Notes: generated from the letters alone by a model not told the origin. Numbered from the stretch's first letter, positions 20,209 through 31,108 are shown. The stretch is 64,000 bases of DNA from an uncultured Chloroflexia bacterium (GCA_963780425.1 CAWABZ010000004.1:20714-84713), one strand, 5' to 3'. Program-made: numbers and translations.

Positions 20209-23200
20209 CTAGCTGCAGCCGGACGTGCTGCCGCAGTTTAGGCACTTGTAGCAGCTGCCGTTGCGGACCATGATCGAGCCGCATTCGGCGCACGACGGGG
20301 CGTCCGCCTGGGTCTGGAAGCTGACCTTCGTCGCCCCCAGGCTCAGCGTCATGGCGCCACTGCCTCCGCCGCCTCCGTTTCCGCTGGCCTTGCCGTTGCC
20401 GTTGGCCGCGTGGCCGTTGGCCGCCGTCGCCGTCGGGCTACTGGCGATGACCGCGAGCTCTTCCCGGGGAGCTGCCTCGGCCGCGGACCCCTGCGGCGCT
20501 GACACCGAGGCACTCTCCGGCGCACTCCCTGACTGAGAAGGTGGGGTCTCCGAGGCGGTTGGAGGAGCGCCCGCCTCGGAGTCCCCGGAAATTTCCCCCT
20601 GATCCATAACCGGCAGAGCCTTGGCCTGGCCGGTCGCAGGCTTGGTGGTGGAAGAGTCGGTGGCAAGTGGCGTTGGATCCGCCGCCGGCGTAGCACGAGC
20701 GCCGAAGGCGGTTTGCGAAGCCGGCGGTGCGTCCGACGACGCAACACTCCCCGAGGTCTCCGCCGCATCCGTCATCGCACTGCGATCGATCAGACCCAGC
20801 GAGGCCTTCTCGTCGGTCGACAGGAACCGGGATCCCAGCCACCGGAAGATGTAGTCGACGATCGACTTGGCGATCGGGATCTCCTGGTTGCCGGTGAAGC
20901 CCGACGGCTCGAACCGGACGTGCGCGAACTTGTTGACGAGGTCGCGCAACGGAACGCCGTACTGCAGCGCGACGGAGACGGTCGTGGCGAACGAGTCCAT
21001 GAGACCCGAGACCGTCGAGCCTTCCTTGGCCATCTTGAGGAAGATCTCGCCGGGCTGGCCGTCCGGATAGAGGCCGACCGTGATGTAGCCCTCGTGGCCG
21101 GCGATGTCGAACCTGTGGGTGATCGCGGACCGCTCGGCCGGCAGGCGCCGGCGATGGGGGAGGGCGGCCTCCTTCTGGGCCTTGGCCAGCTCGTTCTTGA
21201 GCTTGGTCACGGCCTCGGAGTCGACCACCTCGCCGGGCGCCTTCTTGCCGGTCGACAGCGGTTGGCTGCGCTTCGAGTTGTCGCGATAGATCGCGATCGC
21301 CTTGAGACCCTGCTTCCAACCTTCGAGGTAGACCTGCTCGATCTCCTCGGCCGTGGCGGCCTCCGGCATGTTCACGGTCTTGCTGATCGCGCCGCTGATG
21401 AACGGCTGGATCGCGCCCATCATCCGGACGTGGCCCATGTAGTGGATGGACCGCACGCCGTTGGCCGGCTTGAAGGCGCAGTCGAAGACCGGCAGGTGCT
21501 CGAGCTTGAGGTGCGGTGCGCCCTCGATCGTCTCGCGCTCGTTGACGTACTCGAGGATCTCTTCGACCTGGGTCGCGCTGTAACCGAGCTTCTTGAGCGC
21601 GGCCGGGACGGTCTGGTTGACGATCTTGAGGAAGCCCTCGCCGACCAGCTTCTTGTACTTGATGAGCGCGATGTCCGGCTCGACCCCGGTCGTATCGCAA
21701 TCCATCATGAATGCGATCGTGCCGGTCGGGGCGAGGACGGTCACCTGCGCGTTGCGATAGCCGTGCTTCTTCCCGAGCTCGAGCGCCTCGTCGTAGACCT
21801 GGTGGGCGTGGCGGATCAGGTCCGCGGGCACGCCGTCGACCGGGATCTTGTACGCGGCGTCGCGATGCTTGCCGATGACGCGCAGGAACGGCTGCTCGTT
21901 GACCTTGTACTCGACGAACGGGCCGCCGTGGTCGCGGGCGATGATCGCCGACTGCTTGTACGCCTCGCCGTGCATGATCGCGGTGAGGGCCGCGGCGAAG
22001 TTGCGCCCCTCATCGGAGTCGTAGGCAAGACCGCGGCTCATCAGCAGCGCGCCGAGGTTGGCGTAGCCGAGCCCGAGCGGCCGGAACTTGTGGCTGTTCT
22101 CCTCGATCTTCGGCGTCGGATAGCTGGCGTTGTCGACCAGGATCTCCTGCGCCGTCAGCGTCACCTTGGCCGCGAAGCGATACGCCTCGGGGTCGAACTC
22201 GCCGTCGGCGTCGACGAACTTCATCAGGTTCAGGCTGGCCAGGTTGCACGCGGTGTCGTTGAGGAACATGTACTCGGAGCACGGGTTGCTCGCGTGGATG
22301 CGATCCGTGTTCGCGGACGTGTGCCAGTCGTTGATCGTCGTGTCGTACTGGATGCCCGGGTCGCCGCAGACGTGTGCCGCGTCGGCCATGCGCCGGAAGA
22401 TGTCCTTGGCCTTGTATGTCTCCGCCGGCGCGCCGTCGACGACGTTGTGGGTCGTCCACTCCTGGTCGTTCTCGACGGCCTTCATGAACTCGTCCGTGAC
22501 GCGGACGCTGTGGTTGGCGTTCTGGAAGAAGACGCTGCCGTAGGCCTCGCCGGTGAAGCTCGGGTCGTAGCCCTGCTCGATGAGGGCCCAGGCCTTCTTC
22601 TCCTCGTTCAGCTTCGAGTCGACGAACTCGAGGATGTCCGGGTGGCCGGCATCGAGGATGACCATCTTGGCCGCGCGGCGGGTCTTGCCGCCCGACTTCA
22701 CGACGCCCGCGAAGGCGTCGTAGCCCTTCATGAAGGAGACCGGGCCGGAGGCGGTGCCGCCGCCCGACATCTTCTCCTTGGAGCTGCGGATCGTGGAGAG
22801 GTTGCTCCCCGCGCCCGAGCCGAACTTGAACAGCATCGCCTCGGTCTTGGCGAGATCCATGATCGACGACATCGAGTCCTGGACCGAGTTGATGAAGCAG
22901 GCGCAGCACTGCGGCTTCTGCTTCGATGCCGACGTTGAACCAGACCGGCGAGTTGAACGCCATCTTCTGGTGGACGAGCAGGTGGGTCAGCTCGGCCTGG
23001 AAGGTCTTGAGGTCCGCGTCGGTCGCGAAGTAGTGCTGCGTCTCCGCCCAGCCGGCGATCGTGTTGACGACACGGTCGATGAGCTGGCGGACGCTGGTCT
23101 CGCGCTCCGGGGTATCGAGGTGGCCGCGGAAGTACTTGCTGACCACGACGTTGGTGGCGAGCTGCGACCAGAAGTTCGGGACCTCGACGTTCTTCTGCTC

Positions 23201-23449
23201 GAAGACGCTCTTGCCGGTCTCGGAGCTGATGCCGGCGGTGCGGTACTCCCAGGTGATCTCGTCGTACGGGTGGATGCCCGGGGTGGTCCAGCGGCGCTCG
23301 AACGTCAGGCCCTTGGTCGGCTTGCCGGCGGGATCGGTGCCGTCGAAGCTCGCCCCGTATGGGCCGGCGTGGCGACGCGCTTCACCGCGTCCTGCCTCCA
23401 CTCGTCGCTTCGAATCGACCGCGACCTGACTGCCGTTCGCTCGGGCCAT
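20209..23449 (-). CDS. nrdJ: Vitamin B12-dependent (class II) ribonucleotide reductase with TSCPD and Zn-ribbon domains (frameshift near 22915, possibly compensating indels near 23360-23390)
   Basis: FNSPVWFNVG, ACFINSV in shifted frame, GGKTRRAAKM, SNPCSEY, LAPTGTI, GAISKTVN, C-terminal CAECG...CLNCGSTSGCS. Confidence 0.95.
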
Positions 23450-23597
23450 CTGCTGTCTCCTCACCTCATCCCGCGGTAGCTGCCGCACCCTCGTCATCTG
23501 TCGTTCGTCGAGGATCCCTTGGGCGGCTCTCCGCTGCGTCGATAGGCCGGCGGGAGCCTCGGATCCGGGTGTTCTCAGGCGATGTTGCGACCCGTCT

Positions 23598-23626
23598 ACG
23601 ATACGCATCGAGTGGTCGAGCGTCAA
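23598..23626 (-). promoter_or_regulatory. Sigma-70 promoter of nrdJ
   Basis: TTGACG-N17-TATCGT on minus strand. Confidence 0.65.
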
Positions 23627-23634
23627 GCCCTAAA

Positions 23635-23683
23635 ACACAAGATGTAGTGGTCGCTTGCGCGTGCCGACCGCTAGATGTGGTGT
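23635..23683. promoter_or_regulatory. Tandem NrdR boxes
   Basis: ACACAAGATGTAGTGG (23635-23650) and CCGCTAGATGTGGTGT (23668-23683), 33 bp apart, close to consensus acaCwAtATaTwGtgt, upstream of an RNR gene. Confidence 0.88.
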
Positions 23684-23940
23684 TTCGGCGTTTCCACGCA
23701 CGATCGTCGTTCGTCCACGTTCGACGGCTGCCTGTCCACGGCGAGGCGTGGCGGCTTTCCACCGTGCCTGGGTGGGTTGTCCACGCGGTTTCCACCGCAT
23801 CGATAACCGAACAGGCGTGCTGTTTGCGGCAAGGCAGGCCCACCCGGCCCGGCGCCGGGATGCGCCAAATACTCGCGCGGCGTTCGACGTGGCAGATCCC
23901 GGCGCACAGGTCGGCCTGGCGGGCGCGACTAGCATCGACG

Positions 23941-24538
23941 GTGCGTCGCGCCGTAGGGTCCTGCTCCTGTGCACCCTCGCATCTGGCGCCTGCGCGGTCC
24001 GCCGGTGGTCGGCGGGCCGTCGGACACGGTCCGCGAAGGGTTCCGGAGGATGGCCGCACACGACTGGCCGGCGCATCGATGCTGGTGTGTCCCGCGCAGC
24101 GGGATCCAGCGCATTGCCGTTCATCATCAGCGGCAACTTCGAGCCCATCGGCTACATCTCGGTGGCGACAACGTCGCGGAGTCCCTCGCACTGATCGAGC
24201 TCGACATCTCGGGCGTCCGCGTCGACGACGTTCGCGCGGACGATGGCACGGTCCTGGTCCCGGTCGGCGGCGTGCTCAGAGAGCGGCTTCGACCCTCCAC
24301 AGCTCGAGGCAGCGTGGCGCGCAACGGCAGCGGAACGAGGCGAGCCCGTCGACGAAGCGTGGCTGCAGGACGTGCTGGGTCGGTCCGATCTGGCCCGAGC
24401 GAGCTCCCTCTCGACCGCGAGCTCGGCGCCGTGCAGGTGATGCGGATCGGCGGCGAATGGCTCATCTGCCAACCACTACCCAGCGCAGCGCCCGATGCAC
24501 CCGCAACATCATCGCGAGAACAGGGGTCGCACGCGTAG
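23941..24538 (+). CDS. Hypothetical secreted protein/lipoprotein (multiple frameshifts)
   Basis: Protein-like segments in alternating frames: LLLCTLASGAC, LALIELDISGVRVD, VQVMRIGGEWLIC. Confidence 0.4.
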
Positions 24539-24562
24539 CGGCGATCGACGGACCCTCGCCAC

Positions 24563-25283
24563 ATGGCGATCCAGGTGGGGACGTCCGGCTTCGACTACAA
24601 GGACTGGCGCGGGCCGTTCTACCCGCGGTTCATCCGGTCAACGAGCGGCTCGCGTACTACGCCGAGCACTTCGACACGGTCGAGCTCAACGTCACGTTCT
24701 ATCGGATGCCGGCGGCGAGCGCGTTCCGCGGCTGGCGCGACGCGGCGCCGGACGGCTTTACGTTCGCGGTGAAGGCCAGTCGATACCTCACGCATATCAA
24801 GAGGCTCGAGGATCCACAGGCATCGGTCGACTATCTGATGGAGCGGGCGTCGATCCTGGGTGATCGACTCGGGCCGATCCTGCTGCAGCTGCCGCCGAGT
24901 CTAGGGATCGACCTGGAGCGGCTTAATCGGACGCTCGAGGCGTTCGGGATCGTGCGCGCGTGGCGGTCGAGCCTCGCCACAAAAGCTGGTTCGTGCCGGC
25001 CTTGTGCGAGGTGCTGAAGGCTCATGACGCTGCGTTCGTGCTGGCCGACCGGCGCGGCCCGATCACGCCGCTGTGGTGGACGGGCGGCTGGTTCTACCTG
25101 CGGATGCACCAGGGGCGTGCCACCCCACGGCCGTGCTACGGCGATCGGGCGCTGCAGTCGTGGGTGATCGGCTCGCGTCGCTGCCGGGTCGACCCAAGCG
25201 ACGGCTACGTCTACTTCAACAACGACCATCGCGCATGCGCGGTCGCGAACGCCCGGACGTTCGAACAGATGCTCGAGGGCTGA
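24563..25283 (+). CDS. DUF72 (YecE-like) protein (frameshifts near 24630 and 24955)
   Basis: IQVGTSGFDYKDWRGPFYP, FDTVELNVTFYRMP, KASRYLTH, LLQLPPS, AVEPRHKSW, YLRMH, YVYFNND. Confidence 0.9.
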
Positions 25284-25307
25284 GGGCCCGGGCAGGTTTC
25301 GCTGGCG

Positions 25308-25442
25308 CACTCCCTCGTCATGCGCCGGGTGAATAGGGGATCGCCAGCGGTGGCGCCCGAGCGGTCCCATGCGCCAGCCGAATATGCATCGCTGGCGGAG
25401 GCCCCGAACGTCCGCATGCGCCGGGTGCATGACGAGGGAGTG
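25308..25442. repeat. 135-bp long palindromic element (MITE/REP-like or structured RNA)
   Basis: 16-bp perfect terminal inverted repeat CACTCCCTCGTCATGC / GCATGACGAGGGAGTG with nested stem CGCCAGCGGTG / CATCGCTGGCG. Confidence 0.7.
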
Positions 25443-25556
25443 GTCCGCAACGATGGGCGCTGCCGGGTCCTGGCGGCACTTCTCGCTTCGGCTGGACCGC
25501 GGAACGCTTCGTCCGACGGCATCGCGGGTCGCCGGAGAGAAGAACTCGCACGAGGA

Positions 25557-25626
25557 ACTTTGTCCGACCTATTGACAAAGTAGCGGCGACGGGTAGGATG
25601 CCCTTTGTCCACTCACCGGACGAAGT
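25557..25626 (+). promoter_or_regulatory. Promoter with two ROK/XylR-type operators
   Basis: ACTTTGTC-N9-GACAAAGT (25557-25581) overlapping TTGACA; TAGGAT 16 nt downstream; second site CTTTGTCC-N7-GGACGAAG (25603-25625). Confidence 0.8.
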
Positions 25627-25664
25627 CCGTGAGGGGCGTGGCAGGAGGGGCCAGAGCACCGCCC

Positions 25665-26819
25665 GTGGCACGCACCGAGTTCCCGGCCAAGGCGACCCAT
25701 GCGCAGACGCGCGCGCACAACGCGGCGCTCGTCCTGCGGGCGCTCTACGACCTCGGGCCGATCTCGCGCGCGGACATCGCCCGGCTGACCGGCCTCACGC
25801 GCACCAGCGTCGGCGAGCTGGTCAGTGACCTGGAGCAGGAAGGCCTGGCCGTCGATGTCGGGCGCGGCCCCAGCACCGGCGGCAAGCAGCCGACCCTCGT
25901 CGCCCTCAACGCAGGCGCGCGGACCGTCATCACCCTCGACCTCGGCGAGCGCACCTTCACCGCGGCCCTGGCCAACCTCCGCGGCGAGATCGCCGCGCGC
26001 GTGAGCCGCGACCTCGATGGCCGCGATGGCGACGACGCCGTCCAGGTCGTCCACGAGCTCATCGACGAAGTCCGGGCCGCGGCGACCAGCCCGATCCTCG
26101 GCATCGGCGTCGGGACGCCGGGCATCGTCGACCAGTCCGGCACGATCCGCTGGGCGGTCAGCCTCGACTGGCAGGACCTGCCGCTCGCCCGGATCCTCCA
26201 GGAGCGGCACGAGCTCCCGACGGTCGTCGCCAACGACAGCCGTGCGGCGGCCTTCGCGACCTACCTGTTCAGCGGCGACGAGCGCCCGGCGAACCTGGTC
26301 GTGGTCAAGGTCGGGCGCGGCATCGGCGCGGGTCTCGTCCTCAGGGACCAGCTGTTCGGTGGCGACGGGGAGGCGGCCGGCGAGATCGGCCATGTCGTCA
26401 TCGACCCCGACGGCGCCGAATGCCACTGCGGCCGGTTCGGCTGCCTCGAGACCGTGGCCAGTGCCCCCGCGATCCTGCGCGCAAGCGGCGCGTCGAGCCT
26501 GGACGAACTGGCCGCCAAGGCCGCCGGCGGGGACCCAGAAGCGCTGAGCATCGTCCGGACTGCGGGCCGAGCAGTCGGTGGCGCGATCGCCCACCTGGTC
26601 GGGGCGCTCGACGTTCGCCACATCACGCTGGTCGGCACGGTCACCGCCCTCGGCGAGCCGTGGCTGGCGGCGGTCCGCGAGGAAGCCACGCGACGCAGCC
26701 TGGCCGCGACCGGCCGCGAGACGACGATCCTCGACGGCGGGACGGGCGAGGACGTGACGCTCCTCGGGGCGTGTGCGCTGCTGCTCACGCGCGAGCTCGG
26801 GCTGACGGTGCACCGATGA
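25665..26819 (+). CDS. ROK family transcriptional repressor (NagC/XylR-like)
   Basis: HTH ISRADIARLTGLTRTSV; AGEIGH..IDPDGAECHCGRFGCLE. Confidence 0.93.
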   Translation: MARTEFPAKATHAQTRAHNAALVLRALYDLGPISRADIARLTGLTRTSVGELVSDLEQEGLAVDVGRGPSTGGKQPTLVALNAGARTVITLDLGERTFTAALANLRGEIAARVSRDLDGRDGDDAVQVVHELIDEVRAAATSPILGIGVGTPGIVDQSGTIRWAVSLDWQDLPLARILQERHELPTVVANDSRAAAFATYLFSGDERPANLVVVKVGRGIGAGLVLRDQLFGGDGEAAGEIGHVVIDPDGAECHCGRFGCLETVASAPAILRASGASSLDELAAKAAGGDPEALSIVRTAGRAVGGAIAHLVGALDVRHITLVGTVTALGEPWLAAVREEATRRSLAATGRETTILDGGTGEDVTLLGACALLLTRELGLTVHR

Positions 26820-27796
26820 TCGAGCCGCTCGATCGCCACGATCCGCTCGATGGCCACCGCCCGGGTCCCGTCGCCGGGATCGATATCGGTGGCACCAAGA
26901 TCGCAACTCTCATCGTCGACTCCGACGGCGCCGTCCTCGGTCGTGCGACCCACGCCTCCTCCGTGGGTGACCAGGGCGGCGCCGTCCTCGCCATCGCTGC
27001 CTGCCTGGACGAGGCGCTCGCCGCGGCCGGGCTGCGGCGCGAGGACCTCGTGGCGGTCGGTGTCGGCGTCCCCGGCCGCGTCGACCCGAAGCGCGGCCAC
27101 GTGACCCTCGCCGTGAACCTCGGCTGGACCGACTTCGCGCTGCGGGACGCGCTCGAGCTCGAGCTCGGGCTCCCGGTCGTCATCGAGAACGACGTCCGTG
27201 CCGCCGCCATCGGCCTGCACGAGCGCGGCGTCGTCGGTGACGCCAACGACCTCGCCTACCTCGCGGTCGGTACCGGTATCGCGGCCGGTGTCGTGCTCGA
27301 CGGTCGACTCCATCGCGGTGCCCGCGGCCTCGCCGGCGAGATCGGCCACGCCATCGTGGATACCGATGGCCCGCGCTGCGTCTGCGGCCAGCAGGGCTGC
27401 CTCGAGGCGTTCGCCTCGGGACCCTCGATCGCCCGGCGTGCCGGCGCCACCTCCGCCAAGGCGGTCTACGACGCGGCCGCGTCCGGCGATCCGGCCGCCA
27501 CCGAACTCATCGACGACGTCGGGCGACGCCTCGCCTGGGCGATCCACACGCTGGTCATGACCTACGACGTCCAGCGCGTCGTGGTCGGTGGCGGCGTGTC
27601 CCATGCCGGTACGCCGTTCGAGGTCCCGCTGCGTCGGGAGCTCGCGCGTCTGCGTGCCGCATCGGATCTGGCCGGGGAGCTGTTGCCGGCCGACATCGTC
27701 GATGTCCTGCCACCGGAAGCCGAAGCCGGCGCATGGGGCGCCGTCGCCGTGGCGAGGACCACCTACCAGGGATCGGAGGTGGTGAGCCACGCCTGA
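26816..27796 (+). CDS. ROK family sugar kinase
   Basis: GIDIGGTK, ENDVRAAA, GTGIAAG, GEIGH...CVCGQQGCLE; ATGA overlap. Confidence 0.92.
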   Translation: MIEPLDRHDPLDGHRPGPVAGIDIGGTKIATLIVDSDGAVLGRATHASSVGDQGGAVLAIAACLDEALAAAGLRREDLVAVGVGVPGRVDPKRGHVTLAVNLGWTDFALRDALELELGLPVVIENDVRAAAIGLHERGVVGDANDLAYLAVGTGIAAGVVLDGRLHRGARGLAGEIGHAIVDTDGPRCVCGQQGCLEAFASGPSIARRAGATSAKAVYDAAASGDPAATELIDDVGRRLAWAIHTLVMTYDVQRVVVGGGVSHAGTPFEVPLRRELARLRAASDLAGELLPADIVDVLPPEAEAGAWGAVAVARTTYQGSEVVSHA

Positions 27797-27863
27797 CCCG
27801 ATCCCGCGAAACCGTTGGCAACACCACACCACGACCGGACCGAAGGAGCTTCAAGGAGGAGCG

Positions 27864-29258
27864 ATGGACACGAAGACGAAGAGGTACCTCGGGTTGCTGC
27901 TGGGGGCGATGTTCGCCATCTCGGCATGCACCGGGACCACGCCATCTGCCGCACCTGCGTCGCAGGCCGCGCCGAGTGCCGAGGCCAGCGTGGCCCCGAG
28001 CACCCCGGCCGAATCCGCCTCGCCGAGCCCGCTGGCGGTCGACCCGGCCGAAGCGGTCATCCAGAACGTCGAAGCGAACGCCGAGATCGGCCTCTGGACG
28101 TTCTGGCTGTCGCCGACGTTCGACGGCTGGATCAAGGACACGATCACCCGGTTCGAAGGGACGTACCCGGGCGTCAAGGTCAACTGGGAAGATCATCAGG
28201 CGACCTTCCAGGACGACCTCAAGAACTCGTTCGCGGCCGGCAACGCCCCGGACGTGATCAACCTGTCGGTCGGCGAGGGCTGGGTGTCCGACTACGCCAC
28301 CCGTGACCTGCTGCTCGAGCTCGATAGCCGGGTCCCGCAGGAAGTCAAGGACATCTACTTCGAGGGGCTGTGGAAGGCCCAGAACGTCGATGGCAAGAAC
28401 TTCCAGTTCCCGTTCTACCAGGGCGTCAGCGTCGAGCTGATCAACACCCGTCACTTCGAGACCGCCGGTCTCGACCCCGCGGCGTTCCCGAAGACCGTCG
28501 CGGAGCTGCCGGCCCTGTGCGCCACGCTCAAGGAGAAGGCCAGCGTCGTGTGCGACCTGCGCCTGACCGTCAACGACCTTCTCGCGCAGATGGTGTACGA
28601 GGGCGACGTCGACGTGCTGTCGGCCGACGGCAATGCCTTTACCTTCGATTCGCCCGCTGCGGTCGAATGGCTCCAGATGTATGTCGATATGGTCGCCGCC
28701 GGCACCGTCGACAACGCCGCGTTGACCACCCCTGACGATCGCGTCGGGCTGCTGATCTTCTCGGCCGGGCAGGCGCCGTTCTACCAGACCGGCCCGAACC
28801 TGATCCGCGAAGTCAAGTCGAACAACGCATCCCTCTATGAAGACCTCGCGGTCGTGCCGGCTCCTGTCGGCAAGTCCGGAGTCCTCGGCAAGGGCCTGAT
28901 GGGTATGTCCGTCAAGGCCGACACGAAGTTCCCCAACGCGTCCACCGCGCTGGCCCAGTTCTTCACGAACCCGCGCACCATGATCGAGCTCGCCAAGCAG
29001 TCGGCGGTGTATCCGTCGTCGGCGAAGGCGTTCGAAGACCCCTACTTCAGCACCACCACGGACCTGATCGAGGACAGCGTCCGACCCATCGCCGGCGAGA
29101 CCATCGCCACGTACGCTGACATCGTGCCGACCGTTCCGAACAAGGCCGACGTCAACGCCATCGTTCTCGCTGCGGTCGAGAAGGCCCTGTTCGGCGGCGT
29201 GCCCGCCCAGCAGGCGCTGACCGACGCCGTCGCCGAGGCCAACAAGCTGCTCGACTAG
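27864..29258 (+). CDS. Sugar ABC transporter substrate-binding lipoprotein
   Basis: AGGAGG RBS, ISAC lipobox, AAGNAPDVINL, DGKNFQFPFY. Confidence 0.92.
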   Translation: MDTKTKRYLGLLLGAMFAISACTGTTPSAAPASQAAPSAEASVAPSTPAESASPSPLAVDPAEAVIQNVEANAEIGLWTFWLSPTFDGWIKDTITRFEGTYPGVKVNWEDHQATFQDDLKNSFAAGNAPDVINLSVGEGWVSDYATRDLLLELDSRVPQEVKDIYFEGLWKAQNVDGKNFQFPFYQGVSVELINTRHFETAGLDPAAFPKTVAELPALCATLKEKASVVCDLRLTVNDLLAQMVYEGDVDVLSADGNAFTFDSPAAVEWLQMYVDMVAAGTVDNAALTTPDDRVGLLIFSAGQAPFYQTGPNLIREVKSNNASLYEDLAVVPAPVGKSGVLGKGLMGMSVKADTKFPNASTALAQFFTNPRTMIELAKQSAVYPSSAKAFEDPYFSTTTDLIEDSVRPIAGETIATYADIVPTVPNKADVNAIVLAAVEKALFGGVPAQQALTDAVAEANKLLD

Positions 29259-29273
29259 CGAGCTGCGTCCCAC

Positions 29274-29310
29274 TCGGCCCGCCTCCCGTTCCCCCACGGA
29301 GGCGGGCCGA
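29274..29310 (+). terminator. Intercistronic stem-loop after SBP gene
   Basis: TCGGCCCGCCTCC-N11-GGAGGCGGGCCGA. Confidence 0.55.
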
Positions 29311-29342
29311 ACCCTTGCCAGGACCGACAAGGATCTGACCGG

Positions 29343-30224
29343 ATGATCGGCAAGCCACGCGCGACGCCCTACCTGTTCCTTCTCCCCGCGCTCGTCCTGC
29401 TCGGCGTGTTCGTGTTCTATCCGATCGTCGCCGTCTTCTGGTTCAGCCTCACCGACTACGACATCGTCCGGCCGCCGGTCTTCGTCGGCCTCGACAACTT
29501 CGCGCGCCTGCTCGACGACGACACGTTCAAGCTCGCGTTGGTGCACTCATTCGTCTACCTGCTCGTGACGCCGATCCTCATCGTCCTGTCGATCTGCCTG
29601 GCGATCATCGTCAACCGGAAGTTGCGCGGGATGCACATCTACCGCGCCCTCTACTTCGTGCCGGCGATCAGCGGCAGCATCGCGATCGGGCTGTCGTGGC
29701 GCTGGCTGTTCGACCGGAGCGGGTTCATCAACTCGATCCTCCAGTCGTGGGGAGTCATCGACGAGCCCGTCCAGTGGCTGGCGACGCCCGCGTTGGTCCT
29801 GCCGATCGCGATGATGCTCACGATCTGGGCGGGCATCGGCTACTACTCGGTGATCTTCCTGGCCGGGCTGCAGAACGTGCCCGAGGAGCTGTACGACGCC
29901 GCCCGGATCGATGGCTGCAACGACTTCCAGAAGCACCGCTACGTCAGCATCCCGGCGCTGCGGCCTCAGATCGTGTTCGTGGCAGTCATCTCGAGCCTTG
30001 CCGCGCTGAAGGTCTTCGACGAGATCTACGTCCTGACGAACCGGACCGGCGGCATCCTCGACAGCGGCGTGACGATGGTCTTCTACCTGTGGGAGCAGGC
30101 CTTTGTGCGGAGCAACGCCGGCTACGCGTCGGCGATCGCCATCGTGCTGCTGGTCATCACGCTCGGGTTCTCGATCGTCAACGTCCGCTTGCTCGAGCGC
30201 GGCGCCGTGGGTGAGGGCCGATGA
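29343..30224 (+). CDS. Carbohydrate ABC permease
   Basis: PYLFLLPAL, ELYDAARIDG, GYASAIA. Confidence 0.93.
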   Translation: MIGKPRATPYLFLLPALVLLGVFVFYPIVAVFWFSLTDYDIVRPPVFVGLDNFARLLDDDTFKLALVHSFVYLLVTPILIVLSICLAIIVNRKLRGMHIYRALYFVPAISGSIAIGLSWRWLFDRSGFINSILQSWGVIDEPVQWLATPALVLPIAMMLTIWAGIGYYSVIFLAGLQNVPEELYDAARIDGCNDFQKHRYVSIPALRPQIVFVAVISSLAALKVFDEIYVLTNRTGGILDSGVTMVFYLWEQAFVRSNAGYASAIAIVLLVITLGFSIVNVRLLERGAVGEGR

Positions 30225-31108
30225 GCGCCACGACCATGACCGACATCCGGGTCGCCGAGCGGTCGCGTCGACGCGGCGACCGGCGCGCCCGCTGGCTGCG
30301 CGGCGGGGCGTGGTACCTCGTGCTGAGCGCGCTGGCGGTCATCACCGTCTTCCCGTTCGCCTGGATGTTCCTGACGTCGATCAAGGGCCCGACCGACGCG
30401 ATCACCTCGGTGCCGCCGCAGTTCCTGCCGAACGACCCGACGATCGCGAACTACCTCAAGGTCTGGGACACGCTGCCGATCCCGGCGTACTTCCTGAACT
30501 CGACGACCGTGGCGGTGGCGACGGGGCTCTTGAATGTCCTCGTCGCGGCGATGGCGGCGTACCCGCTGGCGAAGATGCGGTTCGCCGGTCGTGACTTCGT
30601 GTTCTACCTGCTGCTCGCGACGCTGATCGTGCCGGCGCAGCTGACCTACATCCCGAGCTTCATCCTCGCCGTGAACGTCTTCCACTACTACGACTCGTTG
30701 CCGGCGCTCATCCTCCCGAACATCGTCAGCGCGTTCAACATCTTCCTGCTGCGCCAGGCGTTCCGGGGCGTGCCCAACGACCTGGTGGACGCGGCCCGTG
30801 TCGACGGCGCCGGGGAGTGGCGGATCTGGTGGTCGATCATGCTGCCGATCATCCGCCCGTCGCTGGCGGCCGTGGCGATCTTCACGTTCGTCACGTCGTG
30901 GAACGACTTCCTGTGGCCGTCGCTGATGCTGCACACGCCGGAGGGCATGACGCTGCCGGTCGGGCTCGCGGCGCTGCAGGGGTTCTTCGCCTCCGATTCC
31001 CGCTCGATCGCGGCCGGGGTCACGATCACGGTCGTGCCGATCCTGTTGTTCTTCGTCGTCGTGCAGCGCTACTTCGTGCGCGGGCTGTCGGGGGCCGTCA
31101 AGGGGTGA
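30221..31108 (+). CDS. Carbohydrate ABC permease
   Basis: AAYPLAKMRF, DAARVDGA, WNDFLWP, QRYFVRGL. Confidence 0.93.
   Translation: MSATTMTDIRVAERSRRRGDRRARWLRGGAWYLVLSALAVITVFPFAWMFLTSIKGPTDAITSVPPQFLPNDPTIANYLKVWDTLPIPAYFLNSTTVAVATGLLNVLVAAMAAYPLAKMRFAGRDFVFYLLLATLIVPAQLTYIPSFILAVNVFHYYDSLPALILPNIVSAFNIFLLRQAFRGVPNDLVDAARVDGAGEWRIWWSIMLPIIRPSLAAVAIFTFVTSWNDFLWPSLMLHTPEGMTLPVGLAALQGFFASDSRSIAAGVTITVVPILLFFVVVQRYFVRGLSGAVKG

Noticed and set aside
20040-20212. Small ORF MEELIQADPLYSPYK or 5' half of rtcB
   Set aside because: No recognisable motif on either strand; too short to support
20340-20770. Intein in nrdJ
   Set aside because: Insert is low-complexity, lacks splice-junction and LAGLIDADG motifs, and lies outside the catalytic core
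20713-22938. Long antisense or alternate-frame ORFs (also 14701-17163, 31069-33816, 34894-37317, 50235-52559)
   Set aside because: Shadow ORFs typical of high-GC coding DNA, Arg/Pro-rich and opposite well-identified genes
23450-23600. Cobalamin riboswitch in the nrdJ leader
   Set aside because: No B12-box recognised; NrdR boxes account for regulation
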